Assembly: GCA_944386195.1 (NCBI GenBank)
Contig: CALXAD010000003.1
Coordinates: forward strand, 2,653-66,652
DNA length: 64,000 nucleotides
Direction of reading: 5' to 3'
Source: an uncultured Clostridia bacterium
GTDB taxonomy: Bacteria > Bacillota > Clostridia > TANB77 > CAG-508
Below are positions 20,810-31,013 of this stretch, piece after piece; within the stretch, counting starts at the first letter, position 1; every line of letters starts with the position of its first letter. Both the position numbers and the translations under genes were made by a program. The notes under the pieces were generated by a model. That model was not told where the DNA came from. It made no database searches and worked only from the letters and a program-made list of their open reading frames with translations.

Positions 20810-21112
20810 ATGGCAAGATTATATAAAAATGAGTCAAATAGTGTAGATTATTTTATCATAAATTTACATGAATTAACGGAATATAACTCATCAGAAAAAT
20901 CAGTATGTGATGAATGTCTACGAAAACTAAATAATGATGATCAAATAATTCTTATACCAATACTTAATGAAGCATATGATTATAAATGTGGGATAGATAA
21001 GGTAAATTGGTTAAGAAATATAAAAAATATTTCGCCAGATGAAGAAATACAAAAAAGAAGAACAAAATTTTATATTCAATTCTTTAAAAGTATAAATAGT
21101 ATGGAAATATAA
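20810..21112 (+). CDS. Hypothetical protein
   Basis: 100-aa ORF. Confidence 0.35.
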   Translation: MARLYKNESNSVDYFIINLHELTEYNSSEKSVCDECLRKLNNDDQIILIPILNEAYDYKCGIDKVNWLRNIKNISPDEEIQKRRTKFYIQFFKSINSMEI

Positions 21113-21129
21113 GAAAGGAGAAAATTAAA

Positions 21130-22107
21130 ATGGCAGTAAATAATAGTTTAACAAAATCAAATAATCAAAAAACATTTAGTAATTTCTTAATGGGAGATGC
21201 AATAAGAAGAAAAATCAATGAAACAGTAGGAGGTGCAAATGGCCAAAGATTTATTACAAGTATATTAAGTGCTGTTAGTACAAACCCAGCATTACAAGAA
21301 TGTGAACATAGTTCAATTATATCAGCAGCATTTTTAGGGGAAGCATTAAAATTAAGTCCTAGTCCTCAATTAGGTCAATACTACATGGTACCATTTAATA
21401 AAAAATCTTATGATGCAAACGGAAAAGAAATAAAAATAAAAGTAGCACAATTTCAATTGGGATATAAAGGTTATATACAACTAGCAGAAAGAACGGGTAC
21501 ATATAGAACAATTAATGTAATGGCAATAAAAGAAGGAGAATTAATTAAATATGATCCATTAAATGAAACAATTGAGGTAAATCTTATTGAAGATGATGAT
21601 ATAAGAGAACAAACACCAACAATTGGTTATTATGCAATGTTTGAATATCTAAATGGATTTAGAAAAACAATGTATTGGACTAAAAAGAAAATGTTATCAC
21701 ATGCAGATAAATATAGCCAAGCATTTAATAAAGAAACATATCAAAAAATATTAGATGGAAAAATACCTCAAAAAGATATGTGGAAATATAGTAGTTTTTG
21801 GTATAAAGATTTTGATGGAATGGCATTTAAAACAATGTTAAGACAGCTAATTTCTAAATGGGGAATAATGTCAATTGAAATGCAAGAAGCATATACAAAA
21901 GATATGGCAGAAATAAAAGAGAATGGAGATTATGATTATATAGAAAGTCAAGATATAGAAGTTACTAATCATGAAGTAGTAGAAACTAATATTAGTGAAG
22001 AAAAACAAGAAGTTAATACACAAACTGTTGAACAAATAGAACAAAATGAAGTAGAAAATTCTAATAGCAAAGATAATAGTAATTTTGATGATGATTTCTT
22101 TAACTAA
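21130..22107 (+). CDS. RecT-family single-strand annealing recombinase
   Basis: QLGQYYMVPFN and LGYKGYIQLAERTG motifs; acidic C-terminal tail. Confidence 0.8.
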   Translation: MAVNNSLTKSNNQKTFSNFLMGDAIRRKINETVGGANGQRFITSILSAVSTNPALQECEHSSIISAAFLGEALKLSPSPQLGQYYMVPFNKKSYDANGKEIKIKVAQFQLGYKGYIQLAERTGTYRTINVMAIKEGELIKYDPLNETIEVNLIEDDDIREQTPTIGYYAMFEYLNGFRKTMYWTKKKMLSHADKYSQAFNKETYQKILDGKIPQKDMWKYSSFWYKDFDGMAFKTMLRQLISKWGIMSIEMQEAYTKDMAEIKENGDYDYIESQDIEVTNHEVVETNISEEKQEVNTQTVEQIEQNEVENSNSKDNSNFDDDFFN

Positions 22108-22291
22108 TATCTTAAAGTGAGGATATGAATATGGAAGTTATAGTATGCAAAAGATGTGGAAGAAAATTAAAAAGTAAAAAGAGTAAGGAAAAGCAAATAG
22201 GACCAACTTGTGAAAAAAAAATGCTACTAGATTTCTATAAAAAAAGGCAAATTACCATAGATGATATTTTAGGAAAAGGAGAGTGTAATAA

Positions 22292-23305
22292 ATGAAAGAT
22301 AACAAAACAAGAAGTAAAGATACATATTATTTTAGTCATGATTCAAATGCACTCTCTGACCCTAAAATATTGTCAATGAGATGTGACTATCAATTAGAAG
22401 GATACGGTTTATATTGGGCTATTATAGAAATGTTAAGAAATGAATCTACATATAAACTATCATTAGATAAAACAACATATAGAGCAATACAAATGCAAAC
22501 ACATACCAAAATAAATGTAGAGAAATATATTCAAGATTGCATTAATGAATATAAAGAAAGTTCACAAGGTAATGGATTATTTAATACAGATGGTACATAT
22601 TTTTGGTCAGAAAGTTTATTAAATAGAATGTCAAAAATGGAAAGTGTTAGAGAAAAAAGAAGTGAAGCGGGAAAGAAAAGTGCTGAAAAGAGATGGGGCA
22701 AAAAAGAGAAAAAAAAACGAATAATTAAAAGACCATATATTGATAAAAATAACAAAAGTATAACAAGTGTTACAAAATTTATAACAAATGTTACAAAAAA
22801 CAATAACAATGTTATGGGTTTGTTACGAAAACCTATAACAAAAAATAACAAAATAAAAGAAAATAAAATAAAAGAAAATAAATTAAATAATATTATTAAA
22901 ACTAAATTAAATAAAACTAAATTAAATAATTTATTTATATATATAATAAATGGTCAAAAAAATGATGAAAACATTTCAGACATTGACAGAACGGCTTTAA
23001 TAACTTGTTTACAGAATTTAGAACTATATTTTTCTGATATAGAACTTTTAAAATATTTAACTGATGAACAACAGCTAGATTATGAATTACAATACTGGAC
23101 CATAAAAGAAATATATTTTAGTCCGTATAAAATATATTTAAACTCATTAACAAGAACAAAGTTTTTATTAAAATATTTGCAAACAAAAAAATATATTTTA
23201 ATTGATAATGAAGACAAATTAACAGATTTTATTAATTATTTTATAAAAATTTTAAGAAAAGATTTTGAAAAAGAGGAGAATATAATAAATGGAAAAAGTA
23301 TGTAG
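22292..23305 (+). CDS. Phage replisome organiser / replication initiator (N-terminal Lin1244/DUF4373-type domain); contains the ori iterons
   Basis: YYFSHDSNALSDPKILSMRCDYQLEGYGLYWAIIEML; internal DNA direct repeats ATAACAA(A/G)TGTTACAAAA. Confidence 0.65.
   Translation: MKDNKTRSKDTYYFSHDSNALSDPKILSMRCDYQLEGYGLYWAIIEMLRNESTYKLSLDKTTYRAIQMQTHTKINVEKYIQDCINEYKESSQGNGLFNTDGTYFWSESLLNRMSKMESVREKRSEAGKKSAEKRWGKKEKKKRIIKRPYIDKNNKSITSVTKFITNVTKNNNNVMGLLRKPITKNNKIKENKIKENKLNNIIKTKLNKTKLNNLFIYIINGQKNDENISDIDRTALITCLQNLELYFSDIELLKYLTDEQQLDYELQYWTIKEIYFSPYKIYLNSLTRTKFLLKYLQTKKYILIDNEDKLTDFINYFIKILRKDFEKEENIINGKSM
22755..22850. repeat. Iteron array (putative phage origin of replication) inside the replication gene
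   Basis: Repeated ATAACAA / TGTTACAAAA units, at least 3 direct copies plus degenerate ones. Confidence 0.5.
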
Positions 23306-23419
23306 AAATTGTTGCAAAATATTTTGTTCTGAAAGAGATAAAGTGACAGAATGTAACAAACAAATAACATTTGTTACACAGCTGTTAAGAAAAATTGATA
23401 GAAAGGCAGGTGTGAGAAA

Positions 23420-23656
23420 ATGAATCAAGATGAGGAAATAGTAAAAAGTAAATTACAAAAAATCGCAAGAAAAGTAGATAATGAATTGCCAGAAGACTTT
23501 GGATTTATTGTACTAACATTTAAGTTTAATGAAAAACCAGATACAGCACAGATGATGTATGTATCAAATGCTAATAGAGATGATGTAGTAAAAGCTATGG
23601 ATGAATTTATACAAAAAACAAAAGGTAATTATGGCAATGATATAGGTAAATATTAG
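23420..23656 (+). CDS. Hypothetical protein
   Basis: 78-aa ORF with RBS GGCAGG. Confidence 0.35.
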   Translation: MNQDEEIVKSKLQKIARKVDNELPEDFGFIVLTFKFNEKPDTAQMMYVSNANRDDVVKAMDEFIQKTKGNYGNDIGKY

Positions 23657-23882
23657 AACTTCTATAAATATCATTTTTAATATACAGAAACAAACACGAA
23701 TGGAAGTTATAAATAGGAGAGATTTTATATGAATATAGAGAAAGCACTGTTAATAACAAAAGATAGAATTGAAAATATGAAACTATTTATTCCAAGCAAT
23801 CCAAGTGAAGTAAGAATCAAAGAAGAAACAGTAGAATGGTTAGATTTTATTGAGAAAATATTAGAAGAGGAAATAAAAAAAT

Positions 23883-24263
23883 ATGAATAAGCAAGAACAT
23901 TGGAACATTGAAAAATATCAAGAATATTTGCAAAGTAGAGGAAAAAAAGTATTTGCTGGAGGAAATAGAAGTAAATATGGAGCAAAAAAAACTAAAATTG
24001 ATGGACATGTTTTTGATAGCGAAAAAGAGGCAAATTATTATAATGAACTAAAAATAAGGCTACAAGCGAAGGACATTAAAGGATTTTGTTTGCAGCCTAC
24101 TTTTATATTAGCTTCTGGACTTTCTTATAAAGCAGATTTTATAATTTTTAACAATGATGGAAGTAGTGAAATTATAGATGTAAAAGGTTTTAAGACAAAA
24201 GAATATATTGCAAAAAAGAAAGTATTTGAAGATAAATTTAATTTAAAAATTAAGGAAGTGTAA
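23883..24263 (+). CDS. DUF1064-family phage protein
   Basis: NRSKYGAKKTKIDGHVFDSEKEANYYNEL pattern. Confidence 0.5.
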   Translation: MNKQEHWNIEKYQEYLQSRGKKVFAGGNRSKYGAKKTKIDGHVFDSEKEANYYNELKIRLQAKDIKGFCLQPTFILASGLSYKADFIIFNNDGSSEIIDVKGFKTKEYIAKKKVFEDKFNLKIKEV

Positions 24264-24268
24264 GCAAT

Positions 24269-24478
24269 ATGAAAGAAAAAAAAGAATATGCAATTTATAA
24301 AGGAGATAAATTTATAGATCTAGGTACAAGAGAATATTTAGCAAAAAGGTTTGGGGTAACAGAAAAATATATTAGTTTTTTAGCAAGTCCAACAGCAAGA
24401 AGAAGAGGAAGACAGGAAGATTCAAACAAATTAATAGCTGTGAAAATTGAAGATGATGAGGAGGAGATTAAATGTTAA
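24269..24478 (+). CDS. Hypothetical protein
   Basis: 69-aa ORF. Confidence 0.3.
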   Translation: MKEKKEYAIYKGDKFIDLGTREYLAKRFGVTEKYISFLASPTARRRGRQEDSNKLIAVKIEDDEEEIKC

Positions 24479-24666
24479 TTAAAACATTTAAAATATACAA
24501 TAGATTATCAGACAAGACAACAGAATATAATTGCCAAGTAATATCAAGAAAAGAATTAATAAATAAACAATTTAAAGAAAATGTGCATTATAGGTGTACT
24601 CAAAATGGTTACGACATTTATGTTTCAAATAGATATTGGAAATATTATGCAGTTAAAGAAAGGTAG
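24472..24666 (+). CDS. Hypothetical protein
   Basis: 64-aa ORF. Confidence 0.3.
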   Translation: MLIKTFKIYNRLSDKTTEYNCQVISRKELINKQFKENVHYRCTQNGYDIYVSNRYWKYYAVKER

Positions 24667-24679
24667 GATTGAAATACTA

Positions 24680-24871
24680 ATGATAGTAATACCAAAGTAT
24701 AGAGGAAGATTATTAAATGAAGTAAAAAGGTATCCTAATTTTATATTATTTGAAGATCCAAAAACGAAAGTAAAGATTAGTTATACATATCAAGAGTTAG
24801 GATATAAGACCTCTCAAATGAAAGGAAAACAAAATGCAGAAAGTAATGGAAAAACAACTATCAATATTTGA
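24680..24871 (+). CDS. Hypothetical protein (internal start of ORF 24581-24871)
   Basis: RBS AGGTAGG precedes ATG 24680. Confidence 0.25.
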   Translation: MIVIPKYRGRLLNEVKRYPNFILFEDPKTKVKISYTYQELGYKTSQMKGKQNAESNGKTTINI

Positions 24872-25253
24872 TTTGCAAATTCAAAATCAAAAACCACAAA
24901 GAGAGAAGGGACTAATAGAAGAATTAACTAATTTATCTAATCAATATTTAATAGATAGTCATTATAAAAAAATAACATTTGGCAGAACATTAACAATAAG
25001 TCAAATAGCACAAAGTTTAATGAGATTTAAAAGATTTCCAGAGTACATAGATAAAGTATATGAAATTTTATCCAAGTATTATGAAATAGTAGAATCAAAA
25101 ATAGGTGGTTTTGATGTAGTAGGAATAGAGAAAAGAGATGATTGTATTAGGATATATCAACCACGAAAGCAATATTCTATTTATTGTATTTCAATGATAG
25201 ATGCAGAATTTTATAAATATTCAAAGGAGGAAAAAATAGATGAAGATTTATGA
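24834..25253 (+). CDS. Hypothetical protein
   Basis: 139-aa ORF. Confidence 0.4.
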   Translation: MQKVMEKQLSIFDLQIQNQKPQREKGLIEELTNLSNQYLIDSHYKKITFGRTLTISQIAQSLMRFKRFPEYIDKVYEILSKYYEIVESKIGGFDVVGIEKRDDCIRIYQPRKQYSIYCISMIDAEFYKYSKEEKIDEDL

Positions 25254-25467
25254 TAAAGAAATATATAAAAAATCAGAAGCAATAAAAGCATTATTTATTA
25301 TTTTATTTATATTCTTATTTGGCTTTGGTTTAGGTTATCTTATTAACAATTATGAATCACAAAAAATTATTAAAGAAAAAGAAGATAAAATAATAAATCA
25401 AGCAATTGAATTAGATAGTTTAAGAGAAACAGTATATATATATCAAATGAAAGAGAAAACAAAATAA
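25240..25467 (+). CDS. Small membrane protein
   Basis: TM segment ALFIILFIFLFGFGLGYL. Confidence 0.35.
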   Translation: MKIYDKEIYKKSEAIKALFIILFIFLFGFGLGYLINNYESQKIIKEKEDKIINQAIELDSLRETVYIYQMKEKTK

Positions 25468-25679
25468 TGAGGAAAGGAGATAAAAAAATGTATAACAGGT
25501 ATCCAATATTGGTTGGAAAATGTCCTACATGTGCTGGTTGCAATTTACTTGAAGACGTTAATTTTAAAGGTAAGCAACAATGCGAAAATTATCTCCTTTT
25601 AATTAATCCAAAGGTACAAGAATCAATTAAACAAATTCATAAAGTTTTAGGAATAGAAGGAACACAAATGAAATTATAG
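25467..25679 (+). CDS. Hypothetical Cys-containing protein
   Basis: 70-aa ORF with CPTCAGC motif. Confidence 0.3.
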   Translation: MRKGDKKMYNRYPILVGKCPTCAGCNLLEDVNFKGKQQCENYLLLINPKVQESIKQIHKVLGIEGTQMKL

Positions 25680-25809
25680 GAGGAATAAGTAATGAATATT
25701 TTTATAGGATGTCTAATATTTGCAATAGGTGTATTTGTAGGAATAACCTTAATGTGTATATTACAGGTTGCAAGAGAATGCGATGAGGAAGAGGAAAGGA
25801 GAAAATAAA

Positions 25810-26322
25810 ATGGCAGATATATCACCATATTTTAGATTTAATTTTAATGATAAGTTTATGGCACAAGAAATAATTAAGAGAGAAGGAACACCAGAAGCTA
25901 TAAAGTATTTTAGTGAACATTGTGAAAAACTAACAAATTATGGATATTGGTTTTTATTATCTACATTATGGGTAAGTTATACAGGATTTTCTGATATTGA
26001 ATTATGGAAAAAGTTATTTTCATCAGACAGAAGTCAAAGACAAAAAAGTATTATGAAACCATCAGAAGTAAAAGAATTCAATTATTTGCCATATTTTATA
26101 ACAGTTTATAGAGCGAAGAGACCAGGAGAAAAACAATGGATTGCTTATACATTAGATTTAGAAATAGCAAAGAGATTCGCAAAAGAAAGAAAGGTAAATA
26201 AAATTACAAAATATGAAGTTAGAAAAAAAGATGTATTAGCATTATTTCTTCGTAGGGGAGAAAAAGAGATAATTGTACTAGATGAAAATAAGCCAAAATT
26301 TATTGAAGAAATCGAGGTGTAG
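25810..26322 (+). CDS. Hypothetical protein
   Basis: RBS GGAAAGGAG; 171 aa. Confidence 0.4.
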   Translation: MADISPYFRFNFNDKFMAQEIIKREGTPEAIKYFSEHCEKLTNYGYWFLLSTLWVSYTGFSDIELWKKLFSSDRSQRQKSIMKPSEVKEFNYLPYFITVYRAKRPGEKQWIAYTLDLEIAKRFAKERKVNKITKYEVRKKDVLALFLRRGEKEIIVLDENKPKFIEEIEV

Positions 26323-26324
26323 TT

Positions 26325-27029
26325 ATGAAACATATAGTAAGTTTTAGTGGAGGAAAAGACAGTACAGCAATGTTACTTCGTATGCTAGAAGAAAATATGT
26401 TAATAGATAAGATAATTTTTTGTGATATAGGTAAGGATTTTCCAGATATGTTAGAGCATATTAAGAAAATACAAAGTTATATAGCACATAATTATGGAAA
26501 AGAAATAACAATATTAATTCCTAAACATAGCTTTGATTATTATATGTTTGAGCATGAGAAAATAAAAGGAAAAAATAAAGGAAAGAAAGGTTATGGCTGG
26601 GCAACAATGAGATGTAGATGGTGTACTAGCAACTTAAAAACACAAACAATAAAAAATTATTTAAAACAATATGAAAAAGAAGGGTATGTTGAATATGTTG
26701 GAATAGCTTATGATGAAACTAAAAGAATAAAAGATAAATGTTATCCACTTGTAAGTTGGAAAATGACAGAAGCGGATTGCTTAAAATATTGCTATGCTAG
26801 AGGATTTGATTGGAATGGATTATATGAAAGATTTAATAGAGTAAGTTGTTGGTGTTGTCCTTTAAAGAATCTTAAAGAACTAAAAAATTTATATAAATAT
26901 TATCCGGAATTGTGGCAAAAATTAAAAGAAATGGATAAAAAAAGTTATAACCAATTTAGAGCAGATTATAGTGTAGAAGAATTAGAAGAAAAATTCAAAA
27001 TTTATAATAAAAATGGGGTGGTTAGATGA
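26325..27029 (+). CDS. PAPS-reductase-like PP-loop protein (phosphoadenosine phosphosulfate reductase family)
   Basis: SFSGGKDST PP-loop motif; C-terminal Cys cluster RVSCWCCP. Confidence 0.75.
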   Translation: MKHIVSFSGGKDSTAMLLRMLEENMLIDKIIFCDIGKDFPDMLEHIKKIQSYIAHNYGKEITILIPKHSFDYYMFEHEKIKGKNKGKKGYGWATMRCRWCTSNLKTQTIKNYLKQYEKEGYVEYVGIAYDETKRIKDKCYPLVSWKMTEADCLKYCYARGFDWNGLYERFNRVSCWCCPLKNLKELKNLYKYYPELWQKLKEMDKKSYNQFRADYSVEELEEKFKIYNKNGVVR

Positions 27030-27511
27030 GTAACATAGAAGAAGATATAGAATTATTAAAAAGTTTAGATACAACAGGAGATAAAGGATTAACACAAGCA
27101 ATAAAAAATATTTTAAAAGAGCTAGGCAATTTAGATAAAACTAATAATGATTTGAGATTATTATATAGAAGAACGGCAAAAAAATTACAAGAAAATGGAA
27201 AAGAAGAATTAGCAGAATACTTTTTAGCACAAATATATGAAGTGCCAACATTTGTAGTTGATGATGATATAGATTATTACAAAGAATATCATAAACAAAA
27301 AGAAAGAATAACTGAATTAGAAGCGGAAAATCACATACAAAGAAGTCAATTAATGACAGCTTTTGATAGAGGGTTTATACCAAAACAAGTAATAATAGAT
27401 GCAATAGCCAGAAATTTAGAAAAGGATAGTGCAGGTAGATTGGTATTTGATTTTAATAATTGCCAAAAGTTATCAATAGAAATTGTAAAATTAATGAGAG
27501 AAGGTATTTAG
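27026..27511 (+). CDS. Hypothetical protein
   Basis: 161-aa ORF. Confidence 0.35.
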   Translation: MSNIEEDIELLKSLDTTGDKGLTQAIKNILKELGNLDKTNNDLRLLYRRTAKKLQENGKEELAEYFLAQIYEVPTFVVDDDIDYYKEYHKQKERITELEAENHIQRSQLMTAFDRGFIPKQVIIDAIARNLEKDSAGRLVFDFNNCQKLSIEIVKLMREGI

Positions 27512-27703
27512 ATGGAAGAACGAGATTATATAGAATTAAATACTTTATTAGCAAAGTTAAGAGTATTTTGTTTAAAAGAGATAGGTAATCCAGATATTAG
27601 TACAAGTGAAAGAGAAGGAAATTTTAAATTAATAAGAAATATAGACAACATAAGAAATAAAATGCCATTAATTATTGGAGATGGCACGATAGAAATAAAA
27701 TAA
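27512..27703 (+). CDS. Hypothetical protein
   Basis: 63-aa ORF. Confidence 0.3.
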   Translation: MEERDYIELNTLLAKLRVFCLKEIGNPDISTSEREGNFKLIRNIDNIRNKMPLIIGDGTIEIK

Positions 27704-27717
27704 AGGAGGAACATAAA

Positions 27718-28176
27718 TTGGATGATAAAGAATATGTTAAAAACACTTGTAGCAAATGCTTGAATAAATATAATGACAAAGATTTGTGTAATATAGTAAA
27801 AACTATTGATGGCAAATTCAAATGTTGTAATGAGGATTTAGGACAACCAGGAGAATTTGTTAGAACAGAAAAAGGTTATATATTTCCGATAGATAAAAAT
27901 AAGGATCTTTTAAAATTAGCATTTTTTTTAGATGCATCAATTGGAAAAATAAAAAAACATAGTAGAGATTTGTTAGATTTAATAGAGCAAGGAGATGTGC
28001 TAGAAATTGAAGAAGATGGCGATATTTTTTATATAGGTATTAAAAAAGATATAACTACATTTAGTTATTCTGATATAAAGGAAAGCATAAGGAAGAAAGA
28101 AGTTAAGTTGTTAAGAATATTAACGCATGAGCAATTTGAAGAAAATAGTTTTGATGGAGGTTATTACTATGATTAA
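27718..28176 (+). CDS. Hypothetical Cys-rich protein
   Basis: 152-aa ORF with RBS AAGGAGG. Confidence 0.4.
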   Translation: MDDKEYVKNTCSKCLNKYNDKDLCNIVKTIDGKFKCCNEDLGQPGEFVRTEKGYIFPIDKNKDLLKLAFFLDASIGKIKKHSRDLLDLIEQGDVLEIEEDGDIFYIGIKKDITTFSYSDIKESIRKKEVKLLRILTHEQFEENSFDGGYYYD

Positions 28177-28336
28177 AAATTTATTAGGAAAACATGTCAT
28201 TACATATGATAATCACGAAGGAATAGTTATAGATCAATACAAACCTACAGGACGAAATCAAGAAAGTGTACATATACAACAAGCCGATGGTCGAATATGG
28301 TTTTGCCCTGTCGATAATATAGAAAAAGAGGTGTAA
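28169..28336 (+). CDS. Hypothetical protein
   Basis: RBS GGAGG precedes ATG 28169. Confidence 0.3.
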   Translation: MIKNLLGKHVITYDNHEGIVIDQYKPTGRNQESVHIQQADGRIWFCPVDNIEKEV

Positions 28337-28338
28337 AA

Positions 28339-28542
28339 ATGAGCATAGAAAGAGATTGTAAAAAAATACATAAAAAAATCAGAAAGTTTTATGAAAAATA
28401 TAAAGATAAAAGGAATATTTGTTTTAATTTACACTGTGATAAAGAAAACAATTCTTATGATATATGTTTATATGTTAATCCTAAAATAAAAGAGCTTGAT
28501 GTAATGGAAGAAAATATAAAAGTCGAAAGGAGAAAATTATGA
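28339..28542 (+). CDS. Hypothetical protein
   Basis: 67-aa ORF. Confidence 0.3.
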   Translation: MSIERDCKKIHKKIRKFYEKYKDKRNICFNLHCDKENNSYDICLYVNPKIKELDVMEENIKVERRKL

Positions 28543-28745
28543 AAAAGTTTCTATTAAAATTAGCAGATAAAATTCATAAGAAATATGGAAGAGATGGATA
28601 TTTCATATTTAATAACAAGTTATTTAGAATAGAGAATATTACTTATACAGAAAATAGAGAAATGATACCAATATTAGTAATAAGAGCATATAGTTTTCCT
28701 GGTGTTGTATTAAAAGAAGAATGGTACCGACAAAACTGTCGGTAG
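28539..28745 (+). CDS. Hypothetical protein
   Basis: 68-aa ORF. Confidence 0.3.
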   Translation: MKKFLLKLADKIHKKYGRDGYFIFNNKLFRIENITYTENREMIPILVIRAYSFPGVVLKEEWYRQNCR

Positions 28746-28760
28746 GAAGGAGAAATAATT

Positions 28761-29090
28761 ATGTATAATAGAAATTATGAGAATTTAAGTAAAGAAGAAT
28801 TAATAAAGGAACTAAAAAGTAGAGATGAGCAAATTTTAATATTAGATCAAGAATATAAGAAAGAGTTAGTAAAAAAAGAAAATATGCTTAAAGATGAGAA
28901 AAAGTTACACGAATTTTCAATAAAGACAATGAAAAATCAAAGTGAATCACAAATCAAAGGATTAAAAGAAACAATTGTGATGATGGCGACAGCCTCTTAT
29001 AATGCACAAGAAAGTTTTTTTCAAACATTAAGAGATATAGATAAAAAATTAAATTTAATAATAGATTGGAGGAACGAAGATAATGATTAA
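28761..29090 (+). CDS. Hypothetical coiled-coil protein
   Basis: 109-aa ORF. Confidence 0.35.
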   Translation: MYNRNYENLSKEELIKELKSRDEQILILDQEYKKELVKKENMLKDEKKLHEFSIKTMKNQSESQIKGLKETIVMMATASYNAQESFFQTLRDIDKKLNLIIDWRNEDND

Positions 29091-29850
29091 AGTAGAATAT
29101 TCAAAAGATTTACAAAAAGCAAAGATTTCAAATATAGGTGTTGGTATAAATAATAAAAAAATAGTTAGAATATATGAACATGATAATAAAAATAAATATA
29201 AAGTAAATGATACAACAGAAGATGAAGAAACTTTAAGGATAATGAAAGAATGTAATTGTTTAGTGGAATTAACATTTTATCATAATGAAAGCATAGAAAG
29301 TTTAATAAGGGTATTAGAATCTTTAAAAAACAAAGATTTCATAAAAGAAGAAGATAATCCAGAAATGTATAAAAAAATAGAGAATATTTTAGGTGAAAAG
29401 AGTAATTTAGAAAAACATGCAGAAAGAGAATTAAATATGTTATTAGAAAAATGTGAAGATGATCAAGAAGGAAAAGAAATACAAAAATTAATAAATGCTG
29501 ATATGATGGAAATTGTAGAATTGTTTGCTAATCAAGGACATAGTGGTTTTAGTGCTTCTTATGCAAAAAATATGCTTAATAAATTGCTAAATTATGAGCC
29601 CATACTTCCTTTAACAGGTGCAGATGATGAATGGGAAAAATTAGCTTATTCAAAAGATACTTGTTATCAAAATAAAAGATGTCCAAGAGTATTTAAAAAT
29701 GAAGATGGACAGGCTTATGATATAGAAGGAAAAGTATTTTCTGATAACGGAGGAAAAACTTGGTATCAGTCAAAAGATAGTAGAGTTTATATAGAATTTC
29801 CATACAGACCACATACAGAAAAGATTATTTTAGATAATAAGGAGGAATAG
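29083..29850 (+). CDS. Hypothetical protein
   Basis: 255-aa ORF. Confidence 0.4.
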   Translation: MIKVEYSKDLQKAKISNIGVGINNKKIVRIYEHDNKNKYKVNDTTEDEETLRIMKECNCLVELTFYHNESIESLIRVLESLKNKDFIKEEDNPEMYKKIENILGEKSNLEKHAERELNMLLEKCEDDQEGKEIQKLINADMMEIVELFANQGHSGFSASYAKNMLNKLLNYEPILPLTGADDEWEKLAYSKDTCYQNKRCPRVFKNEDGQAYDIEGKVFSDNGGKTWYQSKDSRVYIEFPYRPHTEKIILDNKEE

Positions 29851-29964
29851 TATGCGAAAGATAAGATATTATTTATTTTGTATAAAATGGTTATATAAAA
29901 ATAAAGATTGGAAAAATACAAGACAAAAATATAAACAAATGGAAAAAGATTTTAAAAACAGTAA

Positions 29965-30156
29965 GTGGTGCAAATGAAATTGAAAAATATTGTTACAATG
30001 GATGAAGAATTAACTTTTAGAAATGTCGAGATATTAAATATAAAAAATGAAAAACAATTAGATAAAGCAATACAAAATAATAAGGTATTAAAGATTAAAG
30101 AAAAAAATATTATTTATAACTTAAATTCATCATATATCATTTTTTATCAGCTATAA
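29965..30156 (+). CDS. Hypothetical protein
   Basis: 63-aa ORF. Confidence 0.25.
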   Translation: MVQMKLKNIVTMDEELTFRNVEILNIKNEKQLDKAIQNNKVLKIKEKNIIYNLNSSYIIFYQL

Positions 30157-30183
30157 GATACAAAAGTAGAAAGGAGAAAGAAA

Positions 30184-30750
30184 ATGTCAAATGAGAATAT
30201 GAAAGAATTTGTATTTGATAAAGAAAATTTAGAAATTTATAAACAAATGGTAAGAGAAGCAACAGAAAATGCAGTAAAACAAATAGAAAAAGAAAAACAA
30301 GATAAAATCAGAAATAGATATGATAGAAGATTAAGGAATACAGAGATGTTATTGAGGAATTATAATAATTTTAAGGAACATGCAGATAAAGCAATATATG
30401 AAGATATTGAAAAAGAAGATGTAAAAGAAGATATGGATTATGACAAAGATATAGATAATTTATTTATTAATTCAATATTAAAGACTAAGAAAAGAACGGA
30501 AATAATGCTAAAACATATTGATAATTGTATAGAATATTATACTTATAAATGTTTAGCTTCAGATAGAGATGATATTCAAAGAAGAATACAAGTAATAAAA
30601 ATGTTATACATAAACGAAAATCCAATGACTTATGAAGAAATTGCAGAGGAATTAAATTGTAGTACAAAAACAATAAATAATACAAAGAAAGCAGCAATTA
30701 AAGAATTATCAGTATTATTTTTTGGAATTGATGGTGTTAAATTATATTAA
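30184..30750 (+). CDS. ArpU-family / sigma-70 region-4-like phage late transcriptional activator
   Basis: C-terminal HTH TYEEIAEELNCSTKTINNTKKAAIKEL; positioned immediately upstream of the packaging module. Confidence 0.55.
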   Translation: MSNENMKEFVFDKENLEIYKQMVREATENAVKQIEKEKQDKIRNRYDRRLRNTEMLLRNYNNFKEHADKAIYEDIEKEDVKEDMDYDKDIDNLFINSILKTKKRTEIMLKHIDNCIEYYTYKCLASDRDDIQRRIQVIKMLYINENPMTYEEIAEELNCSTKTINNTKKAAIKELSVLFFGIDGVKLY

Positions 30751-30777
30751 GTTCAAAAACATTTCCAAAATGTTTCC

Positions 30778-30806
30778 TTGACACTTCTTTTTTGAAAATC
30801 TATAAT
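30778..30806 (+). promoter_or_regulatory. Consensus promoter TTGACA-17-TATAAT followed by a leader hairpin; putative late-operon promoter
   Basis: TTGACA 30778-30783 and TATAAT 30801-30806 with a 17-nt spacer. Confidence 0.55.
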
Positions 30807-31013
30807 GTTAGTGTGAAAAATTGTTTTTATCAAGAAACAATCCCCTTTTATTTTCAATAAGCTCACTAGAAATAGTGGGCTTTTAGTAATATATAGGGTA
30901 AAAAATGTAGTATAAAATGAACAAAAGAAGGTTGAAGAATATGAATTTTGAAATGTGCATGAAAAGGGCTTGTAAGCAATGTAAAAACAATAAAAAATGT
31001 TTTAGAGAAGGAG

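Noticed and set aside
24581-24871. 96-aa ORF overlapping ORF 24472-24666
   Set aside because: The 5' part overlaps the preceding ORF in another frame. Only the internal start at 24680 (with an RBS) is plausible, and it is retained at low confidence.
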